Assembly (NCBI GenBank): GCA_046318155.1
Contig: JBKCUU010000019.1
Coordinates: forward strand, 1 to 64,000
From: Bdellovibrio sp.
GTDB lineage: Bacteria; Bdellovibrionota; Bdellovibrionia; Bdellovibrionales; Bdellovibrionaceae
DNA: 64,000 nt
Reading direction: 5' to 3'
Part shown: one piece after another, positions 37,422 through 48,539 of the stretch
Layout: every line of letters starts with the position of its first letter
How positions within the stretch are numbered: position 1 is the stretch's first letter
The notes under the pieces: model-generated
Told to the model about the DNA's origin: nothing
What the model saw: the letters and a program-made list of their open reading frames with translations, nothing else
Databases searched by the model: none
Program-made: the position numbers and the translations under genes

Positions 37422-38123
37422 ATGACGCAATACTTAGTAATGGGCTCAGGTCGCTGGGCCACTCATCTTCAACGTCTTCTTTTTCTCTCTGGGGTTTCGC
37501 ACCTTAGCTGGAACCGCAAGCAACAGTCCGATATCGATCTCCAAGACAAAGTCGCCCGCTGTTCACATGTGTGGCTGGCCGTTTCTGACCATGCCGTGCC
37601 CGAGTGGGTCCAAAAATTGATCCCCTTGAATAAAACGGTACTTCACAGTTCGGGAGCCCTCGAAATCGAAGGCGCCCATTCGCTTCACCCTTTGATGAGT
37701 TTTAGGCCCGAACTTTACGATGATGATTTTTATTCGCGCCTGGCTTTTGTGACGACGTCAGTGAAGAACGGCCAGGATTTGATGCCTGGATTAAAAAATT
37801 CTTTAAGTGTGATTCCTTCCGACAAAAAAGCTTTTTACCACGCGATGTGTGTTCTTGCGGGCAATGGTTCGGTTCTGTTGTGGCAAAAGTTTTTTTCTGA
37901 AATGACCTCTTTAGGAATTCCGGCCTCGGCAGCTTCAGCCTATGCTGACCGCATTCACCAAAATTTAATGACGGACCCGCAAACGGCACTTACAGGTCCC
38001 TTGGTTCGCGGCGACCGTATGACACTTTTAAAAAATCTCGCCGCGCTTGAGGGCGATTCTTATCAAGATGTGCTGCAAGCCCTGATTCAATCTTACCACC
38101 AGTCTTCAAGAGGTGCCCGATGA
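37422..38123 (+). CDS. Rossmann-like DUF2520 protein, probable PanG-type ketopantoate reductase
   Basis: MGSGR, AVSD, HSSGA, HPLMSF, YHAMCV, ALTGPLVRGD; first gene of the pan operon; start uncertain. Confidence 0.75.
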   Translation: MTQYLVMGSGRWATHLQRLLFLSGVSHLSWNRKQQSDIDLQDKVARCSHVWLAVSDHAVPEWVQKLIPLNKTVLHSSGALEIEGAHSLHPLMSFRPELYDDDFYSRLAFVTTSVKNGQDLMPGLKNSLSVIPSDKKAFYHAMCVLAGNGSVLLWQKFFSEMTSLGIPASAASAYADRIHQNLMTDPQTALTGPLVRGDRMTLLKNLAALEGDSYQDVLQALIQSYHQSSRGAR

Positions 38124-38914
38124 ACGTGATCGAATTTCAAAATCAAAAATCTAAAAAGAAACTCTCGATGGTCACCTGCTACGATACCTGGTCCGCCCGC
38201 CTGATTGCCGAGAGCTCGGTCGACTCGGTTTTAGTCGGTGATAGTCTGGCGATGGTGATGCACGGACACTCGACGACTCTTCCCGCAACCATTGCCATGA
38301 TGGAACTTCACACCCAAGCCGTTGCACGCGGGTTGCTGCACAAAACTCCCAGCAAATTATTGGTCGCCGATCTTCCGTTCATCTCGTACCGCCAAGATTT
38401 GAAAACGAGCGTGCGCGCCGCCGGCCGAATGATGCGAGCGGGAGCTCATGCCGTCAAACTTGAAGGGGCCAAAGGCAATCTCGAGATGATCACCCACTTG
38501 GTTGACTCCGGAATCCCGGTGATGGGTCATCTTGGACTCACGCCTCAATCCATTCACCAATTGGGTGGATTTAAAGTCCAAGGTCAAAACCCCGCCGAAT
38601 TTGAGCGGATCCGTCTTGAAGCCCAAGATCTTGAAAAAGCGGGCTGCTTTTCTGTCGTTTTGGAATGCGTCCCTCAAGCCCTTGCCGAACAAATCACCAA
38701 AGACTTGCGGATACCGACAATTGGAATTGGCGCCGGACCACGCACCGACGGGCAAGTTTTAGTTTTGCACGACTTGCTTGGACTGAATGAGGGCTTTAAA
38801 CCCAAATTCTTACGCACTTTTTTAGCAGGTGCCGAACTCATCAAAACTGCCTTGAACGATTATGATGCTCAGGTTAAAGGCCAATCATTTCCAACCGACA
38901 AGGAAAGCTACTGA
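38120..38914 (+). CDS. panB: 3-methyl-2-oxobutanoate hydroxymethyltransferase
   Basis: LVGDSLAM, ADLPF, VKLEG, GHLGLTPQS, IGIGAG, DGQVLV. Confidence 0.95.
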   Translation: MNVIEFQNQKSKKKLSMVTCYDTWSARLIAESSVDSVLVGDSLAMVMHGHSTTLPATIAMMELHTQAVARGLLHKTPSKLLVADLPFISYRQDLKTSVRAAGRMMRAGAHAVKLEGAKGNLEMITHLVDSGIPVMGHLGLTPQSIHQLGGFKVQGQNPAEFERIRLEAQDLEKAGCFSVVLECVPQALAEQITKDLRIPTIGIGAGPRTDGQVLVLHDLLGLNEGFKPKFLRTFLAGAELIKTALNDYDAQVKGQSFPTDKESY

Positions 38915-39672
38915 TGCAAATTTATGAAACGCCGCAGGCTTTTCAAGCTTGGCGCAAAATGATGACGGCCAAGACCATCGGCTTTGTGCCGACGATGGGC
39001 GCCCTTCACGAGGGTCATGCGAACCTTTTGCGCCAATCGCGCGCCAACAACGAGCTTGTCGTTCTTTCAATTTTTGTTAATCCAGCCCAGTTTGATGATC
39101 CGAATGACTTTCAAAAGTATCCAAAAACATGGGCGAGCGATCTCGAGATCGCCCAGATTGAGGGCGTTGATGCCATCTTTGCTCCCCGCGCACCCGATAT
39201 GTACCCCGATGGCTATACCTACAAAATCACCGAGATCGACTTTTCGAAACTGCTCTGCGGCGCCAGCCGCCCCGGACATTTTGATGGCGTTTTGACCGTC
39301 GTGATGAAGCTGTTTCAGATCGTTCAACCGACACGCGCCTATTTTGGAGAAAAAGACTTTCAGCAATTGTCTTTGATTCGCGGCATGGTGAACGCATTTT
39401 TTATGCCTGTTGAAATTGTTCCCGTTGCCACAATCCGTGAAAAAGATGGGCTCGCCTTAAGCTCGCGAAACGCGCGTCTCTCAAAACTACAAAGAGAACA
39501 GGCCCCGCAAATTTACCAGGCTTTGACCCAAAGCTGGTCTGCCGATGAGGCTCGCGCCAAACTAGAAAAAAATGGCTTTAAAGTGGATTACATCGTGGAT
39601 CAAAATGGTCGGCGTTTCGCTGCCGTTTATATGGAAAACGTGAGGTTGATCGACAATGTCGAACTCAAATAA
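38914..39672 (+). CDS. panC: Pantoate--beta-alanine ligase
   Basis: FVPTMGALHEGH, SIFVNPAQF, RPGHFDGV, GEKDFQQ, GLALSSRN, RLIDN. Confidence 0.95.
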   Translation: MQIYETPQAFQAWRKMMTAKTIGFVPTMGALHEGHANLLRQSRANNELVVLSIFVNPAQFDDPNDFQKYPKTWASDLEIAQIEGVDAIFAPRAPDMYPDGYTYKITEIDFSKLLCGASRPGHFDGVLTVVMKLFQIVQPTRAYFGEKDFQQLSLIRGMVNAFFMPVEIVPVATIREKDGLALSSRNARLSKLQREQAPQIYQALTQSWSADEARAKLEKNGFKVDYIVDQNGRRFAAVYMENVRLIDNVELK

Positions 39673-40918
39673 AAAGAAAATTCTAATCCAGATGTCGGGC
39701 TCAATCGCGTGCTTTAAGGCCTGCGCGGTGATTTCAAAACTCGTTCAAGCGGGTCACCATGTTAAAATCGCAGCAAGTCCCTCAGCCTTAAAATTTGTCG
39801 GCGCCGCAACTCTTGAAGGCCTCACCGGAGAAAAGGTGCACGCTGACCTGTGGGAGCCCGGCGATGCCATGGCTCACATCCACTTGGTGCGCTGGGCAGA
39901 CCTGATTGCCGTCATCCCCGCGTCGGCTCACCTGATCAACCGACTGTCACAAGGCGTTGGTGATGATCTTCTGACCACCATGTTTTTAGCTCATGACTTT
40001 AAGAAACCCTATTTGATTGCACCCGCCATGAATACGTCGATGTACTTGCATCCCGTGACTCAGAACTCGCTCACCCAACTTAAATCAATGGGTGTCGAAA
40101 TTCTTGAAGCGGCGAGCGGCGTCCTTGCTTGCGGGGAAGTGGGCTACGGCCGGTTGCTTGAGCCCGACTTGCTTTTGGCCGAAATCGAGACTCGTCTGCA
40201 GCGCGACTCTTTCGAAATTAAAACAAAGTCCGGGTCGGCCCCAATTCATTTGCGCAAAGTTCTGGTCACCAGCGGCGGCACACAAGAAAACATCGACGAT
40301 GTTCGAGTCCTCAGCAACGTCAGCACCGGACGCACGGGCGCCGAGATCATTGATCGTCTCGAAAGCCTTGGCCTCTCCACAGTTTTGCTTCACGCCCAAA
40401 GTGCACTTCTCCCCAGCGCAGATGGTGAACGCCATTCTTTTGTCAGCTCTGACGATCTTGAAAAATTGCTTCAATCGCGCTTAGCGAAAGGTGATGTTTT
40501 CGCAGTCATTCATTTGGCAGCGGTGAGTGACTTTATTCCCGTTAGACAAAGCGGCAAGATCTCGTCAGACATCGAACCCCAGCTCGAACTTCGCAAAAAT
40601 AAAAAAATTCTACCCTTGATTCGTTCATTTTCGCCGAACCCGATTCACCTGACCGCTTTCAAAATGACCTCGGGAGCCACAGACCAAACCGCGGGCGCGG
40701 CCGTTGCAAAAGTTTATGAACAGTCCGCACCTGATTGGATTGTTCAAAATGATCTCCAAGAAATGAAAAAAACTTCGGCGCACCCGTTGAATCTTTGGTT
40801 AGGACCCACGCAAGACGCTGTCGCCTTGCCGGGGATTGCCCCACTTGTGGAAAAGTGGGTGGAGAAGTTCTCAAGTCTTACTTTGAAGACCGTGACCTCA
40901 AAAGGAGAACCTTTATGA
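39656..40918 (+). CDS. coaBC: Bifunctional phosphopantothenoylcysteine decarboxylase/synthetase
   Basis: [64 protein letters not shown]. Confidence 0.9.
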   Translation: MSNSNKKKILIQMSGSIACFKACAVISKLVQAGHHVKIAASPSALKFVGAATLEGLTGEKVHADLWEPGDAMAHIHLVRWADLIAVIPASAHLINRLSQGVGDDLLTTMFLAHDFKKPYLIAPAMNTSMYLHPVTQNSLTQLKSMGVEILEAASGVLACGEVGYGRLLEPDLLLAEIETRLQRDSFEIKTKSGSAPIHLRKVLVTSGGTQENIDDVRVLSNVSTGRTGAEIIDRLESLGLSTVLLHAQSALLPSADGERHSFVSSDDLEKLLQSRLAKGDVFAVIHLAAVSDFIPVRQSGKISSDIEPQLELRKNKKILPLIRSFSPNPIHLTAFKMTSGATDQTAGAAVAKVYEQSAPDWIVQNDLQEMKKTSAHPLNLWLGPTQDAVALPGIAPLVEKWVEKFSSLTLKTVTSKGEPL

Positions 40919-41685
40919 TACTTGCTCTTGACGTCGGCAATAGCCAAATTTTTGGCGGGGTGTTTGACAAAGACGATCTCAAACTCAGTTTTCGCAAAAC
41001 TTCTAAAGCAGGATCCAGTAGCGATGAAACCGGTATTTTTTTGAGAAACGTTTTGCGCGAAAATAATATTAACCCCTCGCAGGTGAAACAAATTGCGATC
41101 TGCTCGGTTGTTCCTGATGTGGTGCACTCTTTGCGCAATGCTTGTAAAAAGTATTTCGACTTGAATCCCTTTCTTTTACAGGTGGGGGTTAAAACGGGTC
41201 TTAAAGTCAGTTATCACAACCCAGCCGAAGTTGGAGCCGATCGGATTGCCAACGCGATTGCAGCCACGCATCTGTATCCAAAAAAAAATCTGGTCGTAGT
41301 TGACCTTGGCACCGCCACCACTTTTTGCGCGATCACCCGCGACCGCGAGTATTTAGGCGGGACTATCGTGGCCGGTTTACGCCTTTGCATGGAGGCTCTC
41401 GAAAGTAAAACCGCCAAGCTTCCCACCGTCGAAATCGTCTTGCGCAAAGAGGCCCTCGGAAAAGGCACGATCGAAAGTATTCAGTCAGGCCTCTTCTTTG
41501 GACATGTTGGAACGATGAAAGAAATTTCGAGCCGCCTGAGCGAAGAATGTTTTGACGGCGAGAAACCCTTTGTCATCGGCACGGGCGGCTTTGCCGGTCT
41601 TTTTGAAAAATCAGGCGTCTTTGACGTGGTTCTACCTGACCTCGTCTTAAAGGGCCTTTTACTTGCGCACAAACTTAATTCTTGA
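40915..41685 (+). CDS. coaX: Type III pantothenate kinase
   Basis: [36 protein letters not shown] before ATG 40915. Confidence 0.93.
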   Translation: MILALDVGNSQIFGGVFDKDDLKLSFRKTSKAGSSSDETGIFLRNVLRENNINPSQVKQIAICSVVPDVVHSLRNACKKYFDLNPFLLQVGVKTGLKVSYHNPAEVGADRIANAIAATHLYPKKNLVVVDLGTATTFCAITRDREYLGGTIVAGLRLCMEALESKTAKLPTVEIVLRKEALGKGTIESIQSGLFFGHVGTMKEISSRLSEECFDGEKPFVIGTGGFAGLFEKSGVFDVVLPDLVLKGLLLAHKLNS

Positions 41686-41692
41686 GGTGAAT

Positions 41693-42052
41693 ATGAATAT
41701 CACAATGCTCAAATGCAAAATCCACCGCGCCACCGTTACTGATGCGGACCTGACCTACGAAGGCTCGGTGTCGATTGACCCCGCTCTCATCAAGGCCACC
41801 GGACTCCTGCTGAATGAACGCGTCGATATCTACAACTGCAACAATGGCGAACGCTTTTCGACTTACGTGATCGAAGGTAAAAAAGGTGAGATCTGCCTCA
41901 ACGGCGCCGCGGCTCGTTTGGTTCAGCGAGGCGACTTGGTGATCATTTGTGCTTACTGCACGATGACCCGCGAGGAAGGCAAAAAGCATAAGCCCACGGT
42001 CGTCTTTGTCGACTCGAAGAATCGCAAGACGGCAATCAAATCAAAGGGGTAA
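41693..42052 (+). CDS. panD: Aspartate 1-decarboxylase
   Basis: [12 protein letters not shown] self-cleavage site, [17 protein letters not shown]. Confidence 0.95.
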   Translation: MNITMLKCKIHRATVTDADLTYEGSVSIDPALIKATGLLLNERVDIYNCNNGERFSTYVIEGKKGEICLNGAAARLVQRGDLVIICAYCTMTREEGKKHKPTVVFVDSKNRKTAIKSKG

Positions 42053-43600
42053 CGTCTCTTCGGTTTCGGTGCCACGGTACATTTCGATGGCATCAATTGC
42101 CGCTCGCGCTCGATAAACCTTAAGACGCTTGTCCCATTCGGGCTTTTCCCAACCGATGTTCAAGAAGAAGGGCGATGCCCATCGCTTTTCTTCAAGTAAA
42201 GGGATGGGGTTCAAATTTTGCTTGGCCAGCGCCGATTTCAGCGAGGGCAAATGAAACTGCACAAATTTCATGTTTGGATTTGCGCTGACAAAAGCGTCAA
42301 GTCCGCCCGTTAAAAGGACTTTGAACTCAAGGGCCATGGGACTCTGGCAATCTCGAACGACGAGCAAGCGCTCAACCGTATCCGCCATCGTTTTAAGACG
42401 CTCGACACTCGGAATTCGGCACTGGATCAGCATGGCCTGCCTCGCCTGTAAACCCTTGAGCCACGAGCGTGGAAACGGTTTTACATCGGGCAAAAGACGA
42501 GCCTCTTTATCCGAGAGGTACAGAATTTTTTTAGATGGGTCTTGAAGTGCGAGTTCAGCCAATTTTTGCAACAGCGGCTCTTTCTCGTCTTCGCTCCCCA
42601 CGACAATCAAGTCCACCACTAAAGCTCGGCTATCGACGCCAAAACCACGCGCTTGCAGTTCGGTGTTAAACTGGCGGGCCATCTTTTTCCAGGCGGGTGA
42701 AGCGCCACCCCAGACTTTAAAGTTCTTAAGCCAGTTCTCAAGACTGGAAGCGGCGTCAGCAAATTGCTGTTCCGCCGGTGACCCAACAGAAGATCCAAAA
42801 GAATACTTTTGAATTTGCATCGAAGACCAGTCTTTAAAGGTGTTCCGAAAGAACTGCACTCGCTCATCCAGTGGTTGTTTTTCTAAGCCGTCGAACAAGG
42901 CTTTTCCAATGAGAGGTCTTAGCGACACAAACAAATCTTCGCCATTGAGCAAGCCTTGCTCACACGCAGACAGGTGCAGCATCGACCGCCAGGCCTCTTG
43001 GCAATAGGCCGGTGCCGTTTTTAGAGCTAAGGGCCATTCGATCTGGGGACCTTGCCAGGCGATTTGTTGATTCAGGACAGGATCACGCAAATCGAGATCG
43101 CCCTGGGTAAAGGCTAAAAAAAGATCCGAGAAAACTTCGGCCCAGGCAACGTCGTCAGCATTCATTAAATGCGGCGAAGTCCTACTTTTTTGCATGAGAA
43201 GTGAGAGCACAAACGCCTTTTCAAAAAGCTGGTTTTGACCCAACACCGAACGGCTCATAATCAAATGCGAAGGATGAACACGCACGAGCGGATCAAACGA
43301 ATCCACCACCGACAAGCGAATCGGACGAGCTTCGACGCCAAAGAACTGCAGTTCTTTCTCGAGGCGAGACAAACGGGGCTCGATGAGGGCTTTGATTTCG
43401 GCCAAATCACCCGAGTACGAAGTGTCTCGGCTGACAAAACAAGAGGGCAAACTCTGATCAGGTCCCAACCCGACCTTGTCGACCTTTTCGACAAGCTTGG
43501 AATCCAAGCAAAAGCTCGGACGCGACACCCAGGCCAAAGCCACTAAAGCTGTGGACAAACTAAGAAGCAGAAAGGAAATCCATTTTTGGGTGCTCATCAA
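42041..43600 (-). CDS. Exported hypothetical protein
   Basis: 519-aa ORF with N-terminal hydrophobic segment; no recognised family. Confidence 0.6.
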   Translation of the reverse strand: MMSTQKWISFLLLSLSTALVALAWVSRPSFCLDSKLVEKVDKVGLGPDQSLPSCFVSRDTSYSGDLAEIKALIEPRLSRLEKELQFFGVEARPIRLSVVDSFDPLVRVHPSHLIMSRSVLGQNQLFEKAFVLSLLMQKSRTSPHLMNADDVAWAEVFSDLFLAFTQGDLDLRDPVLNQQIAWQGPQIEWPLALKTAPAYCQEAWRSMLHLSACEQGLLNGEDLFVSLRPLIGKALFDGLEKQPLDERVQFFRNTFKDWSSMQIQKYSFGSSVGSPAEQQFADAASSLENWLKNFKVWGGASPAWKKMARQFNTELQARGFGVDSRALVVDLIVVGSEDEKEPLLQKLAELALQDPSKKILYLSDKEARLLPDVKPFPRSWLKGLQARQAMLIQCRIPSVERLKTMADTVERLLVVRDCQSPMALEFKVLLTGGLDAFVSANPNMKFVQFHLPSLKSALAKQNLNPIPLLEEKRWASPFFLNIGWEKPEWDKRLKVYRARAAIDAIEMYRGTETEETLPL

Positions 43601-43730
43601 GCGATCTCACTGCAACCCCAAGGCCGCCAGCCCTTTGTAAATTTGAACTGGCCAGACTTTATACAGTCTTTTCTTTCTTTTGGGGGTTTCCTAAGTCTAA
43701 GCTAAAGCCATTAACTTCTAAGGAGGATGC

Positions 43731-44912
43731 ATGAAAGTCAGTCACCAAAAATGGATCTTTGTCACCCTCCTCGGAATAGGTCTGTTCGGATCAGGTGTCT
43801 GGCTTAAAAATGGTTCTTCGTTTGAAAAGCGCGAGCAAGCCTATGACGGCAAACGCGAACCCACCTCCTCGGCTGAGCTCCCCCCCCCGGAGCTCGATGA
43901 AGTTTGGGGGCCCGAGCAAGAAGTCATCGCACAGGAAATCGCAAACCGCTCAATCGAAACGGCCAAGAAAAATGCCTCGAAGGGATTCGTTCACCGCGAT
44001 GCCCATCCAAAGCATCATGGTTGTGTCAAAGCGACCTGGTCCGCCGAGGCCTCGCAATTGCCAGCACATCTTCAGTTGGGACCGTTGGCACCTGGCAGTG
44101 AGTATGAAGCTTGGGTTCGATTTTCAAACGGAAGCCCCAGTGGCGTGCAAGCCCCCGACTCGGATGCCGATGTTCGCGGGATGGCCGTTAAGCTTTTGAA
44201 TGTGCCTGGGGCGGACAGCGGCAACCAAGATTTAGTGCTTATGACTTCGCCGCGCTTCTTTTCGCACGATGCACATGACTACCTGCAATTGGTTCGTAGT
44301 TTAGATGGCGGAACCTTGGCCTTGCTCTCTTACTTAGCGACCCATCCCACAAACGCATGGATCATCAATAAGGCACGAGTAACAGGAACAAATCCTCTAG
44401 ACTTTACCTACTCGAGTGCAGTGCCATTCAAGCTCGGTCCGAGCACCATGCGTTACCGCCTTCAATCTTGTGTCGGTCAGCCTCAGCCCGTCAAAGGCGA
44501 TCAAAAGAATCCAAACTTTATGTCCTCTTCGCTGGCAGCAACTTTGAATGATCGAACCTATTGTTATGACGTCATGGTTCAGCCCAATCAGGATCTCGAG
44601 AAGAATCCCACCGAAGATCCTCGGCGATTTTGGGACGAAACCCGTTCTCCGTTTGTCTTGGCTGCTCGCCTGAACATCTTGCAACAGCAAGGAATCGAGA
44701 CCAACCAGATGATGGCCTTCTGTGAAAACTTAAGTTTCAACCCGTGGCGCACACATCCCGACATCCGTCCCATGGGTCAGATGAACAGAATTCGTAAAGT
44801 CACTTACGATGCCGTTTCAAAGTTTCGTCACGACAGCAATGCGCGGCCCGAGATCGAGCCTGTTGACTTGAATCCTTGTCAAAATCCAAAGACCTTAGCT
44901 CTCTGTCAATGA
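43731..44912 (+). CDS. Exported catalase-related heme protein (short catalase fold)
   Basis: RDAHPKHHGC, VRFSNG, DVRGMAVK, LSFNPW, RPMGQMNRIRKVTY (proximal Tyr); N-terminal TM/signal. Confidence 0.8.
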   Translation: MKVSHQKWIFVTLLGIGLFGSGVWLKNGSSFEKREQAYDGKREPTSSAELPPPELDEVWGPEQEVIAQEIANRSIETAKKNASKGFVHRDAHPKHHGCVKATWSAEASQLPAHLQLGPLAPGSEYEAWVRFSNGSPSGVQAPDSDADVRGMAVKLLNVPGADSGNQDLVLMTSPRFFSHDAHDYLQLVRSLDGGTLALLSYLATHPTNAWIINKARVTGTNPLDFTYSSAVPFKLGPSTMRYRLQSCVGQPQPVKGDQKNPNFMSSSLAATLNDRTYCYDVMVQPNQDLEKNPTEDPRRFWDETRSPFVLAARLNILQQQGIETNQMMAFCENLSFNPWRTHPDIRPMGQMNRIRKVTYDAVSKFRHDSNARPEIEPVDLNPCQNPKTLALCQ

Positions 44913-44915
44913 TGT

Positions 44916-45887
44916 TTAGAGGGGACCTGCGACCGGCAGTCCCGCTTTTGAAAGCCTCGAGGTCAGTTCTTTTTTCATGATTCCAGACATCCAGTGATTG
45001 ATGTCGATGAGCACTTCGAGATCAAGCCCCGTCTTAACGCCCATGCCTTCAAACATGAAGACGACTTCTTCAGTCGACACATTGCCGGCCGAACCAGGGG
45101 CATAGGGGCATCCGCCCAGACCACCCAGGCTTGAATCAAAAACTCGAACGCCCATCTCATAGGCCGTCAAGATGTTCACCAACGCCGTCCCGCGCGTATC
45201 ATGAAAGTGGCCCGCCAACTTCTTGATCGGAATTACTCTTTTGAGTTTACCAAAGAGAGACCTTACCTGACCCGGGTGCGCGATTCCGATCGTGTCACCG
45301 ATCGAAATTTCGTAACAACCCATTTTCAAAAGCGTTTGTGCGAGCTGAACCACTTTTTTCTCGTCGATGGCTCCCTCAAAAGGACAGCCAAAACAACAAC
45401 TCAAATACCCACGGACTTTGATCTTCTTTTGTTTCGCAACTTTCAGAACTTGCGCGAACTTTTTGAGACTCTCATCAATCGTGCAATTGATATTTTTTTT
45501 TGAGAATGTTTCTGAAGCCGCGCCAAACACCGCGACCTCTTGGATGTCAGTTTCGAGCGCGAGCATCATCCCCCGCGCATTGGGGACGAGTGCTGAAAAC
45601 TCAGTCCGGGACACAATTTTCTTCTGCTTAACCAGACTCAGAACACCATCGATCACTTCTTTTGAGCCCGCCATCTGCGGAACCCAGTCCGAACGAACAA
45701 AGGCACCAAGCTCCATCCGGCGAGATCCCGCTTCGACCAAACGCCGAGCCAGTTCAATCCGATCCGTTGTTGAAAGGACGGCTTTTTCATTCTGAAGACC
45801 ATCGCGCAAACCGACTTCAACAATTTGAACTGACTTTTTTGCTAATGTTTTCTGGTTTGTCTTTCGGGGTGTCTTTTTTAGCTTCAT
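44916..45887 (-). CDS. liuE: Hydroxymethylglutaryl-CoA lyase
   Basis: EVGLRDGLQNE, SIGDTIG, HFHDTRG, GGLGGCPYAPG. Confidence 0.92.
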   Translation of the reverse strand: MKLKKTPRKTNQKTLAKKSVQIVEVGLRDGLQNEKAVLSTTDRIELARRLVEAGSRRMELGAFVRSDWVPQMAGSKEVIDGVLSLVKQKKIVSRTEFSALVPNARGMMLALETDIQEVAVFGAASETFSKKNINCTIDESLKKFAQVLKVAKQKKIKVRGYLSCCFGCPFEGAIDEKKVVQLAQTLLKMGCYEISIGDTIGIAHPGQVRSLFGKLKRVIPIKKLAGHFHDTRGTALVNILTAYEMGVRVFDSSLGGLGGCPYAPGSAGNVSTEEVVFMFEGMGVKTGLDLEVLIDINHWMSGIMKKELTSRLSKAGLPVAGPL

Positions 45888-46273
45888 AGGATTTCACCCG
45901 CCGCCGCCATCGGCTTAATTTGTACTAAGACTTTACCTGCCGTGACTTGATCGCCCGCTTTGACGTTCACGGCGGTGATCACACCGGGGCCCTCGGACTT
46001 CATCGTGTATTCCATCTTCATGGCTTCCATGACAAGCACGGCATCACCGCGCTCAACCGACTCACCCACCTGTCGCAAAATTTTGGTGATTTTCCCTGGC
46101 ATGACCGAAACCAAATCACCCGCGGTTTTCGCAGGTCCACGGCGTTTGCTTGCGGTATCTTTTTCGCTTTCAAATTTAAACGAGCGGCCGTTCAAATGAA
46201 TCCAAAGAACACCGGCCACCCATTCGGCTTCGGCATTGACACGCTTTCCTTCCATTTCAAATTCGTGTCTCAT
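45884..46273 (-). CDS. Biotin carboxyl carrier protein (separate C-terminal part of MCC alpha)
   Basis: MPGKI, MEAMKME biotin-attachment motif; ATG 46273 overlaps the upstream stop. Confidence 0.88.
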   Translation of the reverse strand: MRHEFEMEGKRVNAEAEWVAGVLWIHLNGRSFKFESEKDTASKRRGPAKTAGDLVSVMPGKITKILRQVGESVERGDAVLVMEAMKMEYTMKSEGPGVITAVNVKAGDQVTAGKVLVQIKPMAAAGEIL

Positions 46274-47760
46274 GTGAGGCCCTTCCAAGCATGTCCAAAG
46301 GGATTGAGGTGGTCGCCTGAACCCTCCGCACTCGCCTCGGACCGTGTTCGCGGCGTCGCTTTTAAAATCTTCTCGCACGCTTTCAATTCCCACGCCTCCA
46401 TCTGGACGAGGCGAAGGGGCTCGGCGAAATGATTCTCGATAAAACGCGTGGTCATCTCGGCTTTGACAAACTCTTGGTGAGACAAGATTTCGATTAAGTA
46501 CGGAATATTTGTTTGAACTCCAAAAACAATCGAATCGGCAAGCACACGTTTCATTTTTTGAATCGCGCGCGGGCGCGTTTCGTCCCACACGATCACCTTG
46601 GCAATCATGGGATCATAAAAAGGCGTGATTTCATCTCCGGATTCAAAGCCGTATTCAAAGCGCCGTCCGGGACCCTCGGGCCAGCGAACAAGCCCGAGCA
46701 AGCCCGTGCTCGGAACGCCGCCCTGATAAGGATCTTCGGCATAAATGCGGCACTCGATGGCATGACCTTTGGGAACTTTTAAATCGTAATTTGAAAAAAC
46801 CGCCTGGCCTTCGCTTGTCAAAATTTGAGCCTTCACGAGATCAACCCCCATGACCATTTCGGTCACGGTGTGTTCGACCTGCAGCCGGGTGTTAACCTCC
46901 AGCAAATAAAAATTGTCGTCTTGAACCAAAAATTCGACAGTGCCGGCACCTTTATAGCCTGCGGCTTCGGCAATGGCGCAAGCCGCTTCGCCCATTTGGC
47001 GGCGTAAATCTGGGGTGATCGAGGGTGAAATGGCTTCTTCAATAATTTTTTGATGACGGCGCTGAACCGAGCACTCGCGGTCAAACAAGTGCATCACGCG
47101 GCCCGTGGCATCACCAAAAATTTGAAATTCGATGTGCTTGGCGCGGTCTAGATATTTTTCGAGAAAAACTTTGGGAGAACCAAAGGCCGATTGTCCCTCT
47201 CTCTGCGCAGACTCGATGAGCTCCCCGGCCTCTTTGGCATTTTTTAAGACCTTCATGCCACGTCCACCGCCGCCGGCGGCCGCTTTCACGATCACCGGAA
47301 AGCCAATTTTTTCAGCCGCCGAAATCAAGGTCTCCAGTGTTTGGTCTTCACCCTGATAACCAGGCACGAGTGGTAGACCCAGCTTTTGCGCCAGCTGCTT
47401 GCAGCGAACTTTATCGCCGAGTTGGCGCGTGGCTGATGCGGGTGGCCCCACAAAACGAATTCCAGCTTTTTCAACCGCTTCAGCAAAGTCGGCGTTTTCA
47501 GATAAAAAACCAAAGCCAGGGTGAACCGCATCGGCCCGTCCCGCCAGTGCACCTTGAACGTTGGCTTCGATATTGAGGTAACTCTCAGCAGTCGCAGCAG
47601 GCCCGATACAAATGCGTTTATCAGCCATGCGATAAGCGCGGGTGGCAACGTCGGCTTCCGAATGCAAAAGAATCGTTTCGATTCCGAGCTCTTGGCAGGC
47701 GCGCATGATTCTAACAGCCACCTCACCGCGATTGGCAATGGCCAGACGCTGAATTCTCAT
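46270..47760 (-). CDS. Biotin carboxylase (methylcrotonyl-CoA carboxylase alpha, BC domain)
   Basis: IANRGEVA, HPGFGFLSEN, GGGGRGM, RECSVQRRHQK, EVNTRLQVEH, FYDPMIAK. Confidence 0.92.
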   Translation of the reverse strand: MRIQRLAIANRGEVAVRIMRACQELGIETILLHSEADVATRAYRMADKRICIGPAATAESYLNIEANVQGALAGRADAVHPGFGFLSENADFAEAVEKAGIRFVGPPASATRQLGDKVRCKQLAQKLGLPLVPGYQGEDQTLETLISAAEKIGFPVIVKAAAGGGGRGMKVLKNAKEAGELIESAQREGQSAFGSPKVFLEKYLDRAKHIEFQIFGDATGRVMHLFDRECSVQRRHQKIIEEAISPSITPDLRRQMGEAACAIAEAAGYKGAGTVEFLVQDDNFYLLEVNTRLQVEHTVTEMVMGVDLVKAQILTSEGQAVFSNYDLKVPKGHAIECRIYAEDPYQGGVPSTGLLGLVRWPEGPGRRFEYGFESGDEITPFYDPMIAKVIVWDETRPRAIQKMKRVLADSIVFGVQTNIPYLIEILSHQEFVKAEMTTRFIENHFAEPLRLVQMEAWELKACEKILKATPRTRSEASAEGSGDHLNPFGHAWKGLT

Positions 47761-48539
47761 GCCAAACTCCAGCCCGCTTTACGCTTTTGCAAAAAAGCCT
47801 GCAATCCCTCTTGGCCTTCGTCACTGACGCGCAAGTGCGAGATCAGTTCTGTCGTCGCCGCCTTAGCCTCGGTGCGAGAGAGCTGGGGCCATTTATGAAT
47901 CAATTTTTTAGTTTCGCAAACGGCCTCGGGACCCGCCTCACGAAAACTCTGAAGCATTTTTTCGGCCAAGTCCACAGAGCCCAACAGATCAGCCGAAAAG
48001 TGAACCAGCCCCATCCGGACGGCATCCGCCGTCGTAAAAATTTGTCCCGTGAGCATCCAGGGCGCGACCTGACCCAAACTTGTTTTCCGCAATACAAAAT
48101 CACTGATCACGGCGGGCGCAAGGCCCAATTTGACTTCGCTAAAGCAGTACTGGGTTTTTTCTTCACCGATGACGATATCACTGGCAGCGACCAAACCTAA
48201 AGCGCCCCCAAAAGCACCCCCATGCACCTGCGTGACGACCGGCAGGGTACAAGCGTAAACCGCCTCGAACATCTCATACAATTTGTAGGCGTCAGCTTGG
48301 TTTTTCTCAAAAGAGAATTGCGCTATATCTTTCATGTAATTGAGATCAGCACCGGCGCAAAAGACTTTGCCTTCACCATGCAAGTACACGGCACGCAAGT
48401 CTTCACGCTTGGAGGCGTGGGTAAAGACTTCGGTGATTTCGTGAATCATCTCGGGCGAAAATGCATTTCGCACATCCGCCCGACTCAGCCTAATTTTAAG
48501 AACGTGGCGGTCTTCAGTGACCTTCAAATTTTTCATCAT
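47757..48539 (-). CDS. Enoyl-CoA hydratase family, probable methylglutaconyl-CoA hydratase
   Basis: RNAF, FCAGADL, GGALGLVAASD, SEVKLGLAPAVIS; liu-cluster context. Confidence 0.85.
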   Translation of the reverse strand: MMKNLKVTEDRHVLKIRLSRADVRNAFSPEMIHEITEVFTHASKREDLRAVYLHGEGKVFCAGADLNYMKDIAQFSFEKNQADAYKLYEMFEAVYACTLPVVTQVHGGAFGGALGLVAASDIVIGEEKTQYCFSEVKLGLAPAVISDFVLRKTSLGQVAPWMLTGQIFTTADAVRMGLVHFSADLLGSVDLAEKMLQSFREAGPEAVCETKKLIHKWPQLSRTEAKAATTELISHLRVSDEGQEGLQAFLQKRKAGWSLA

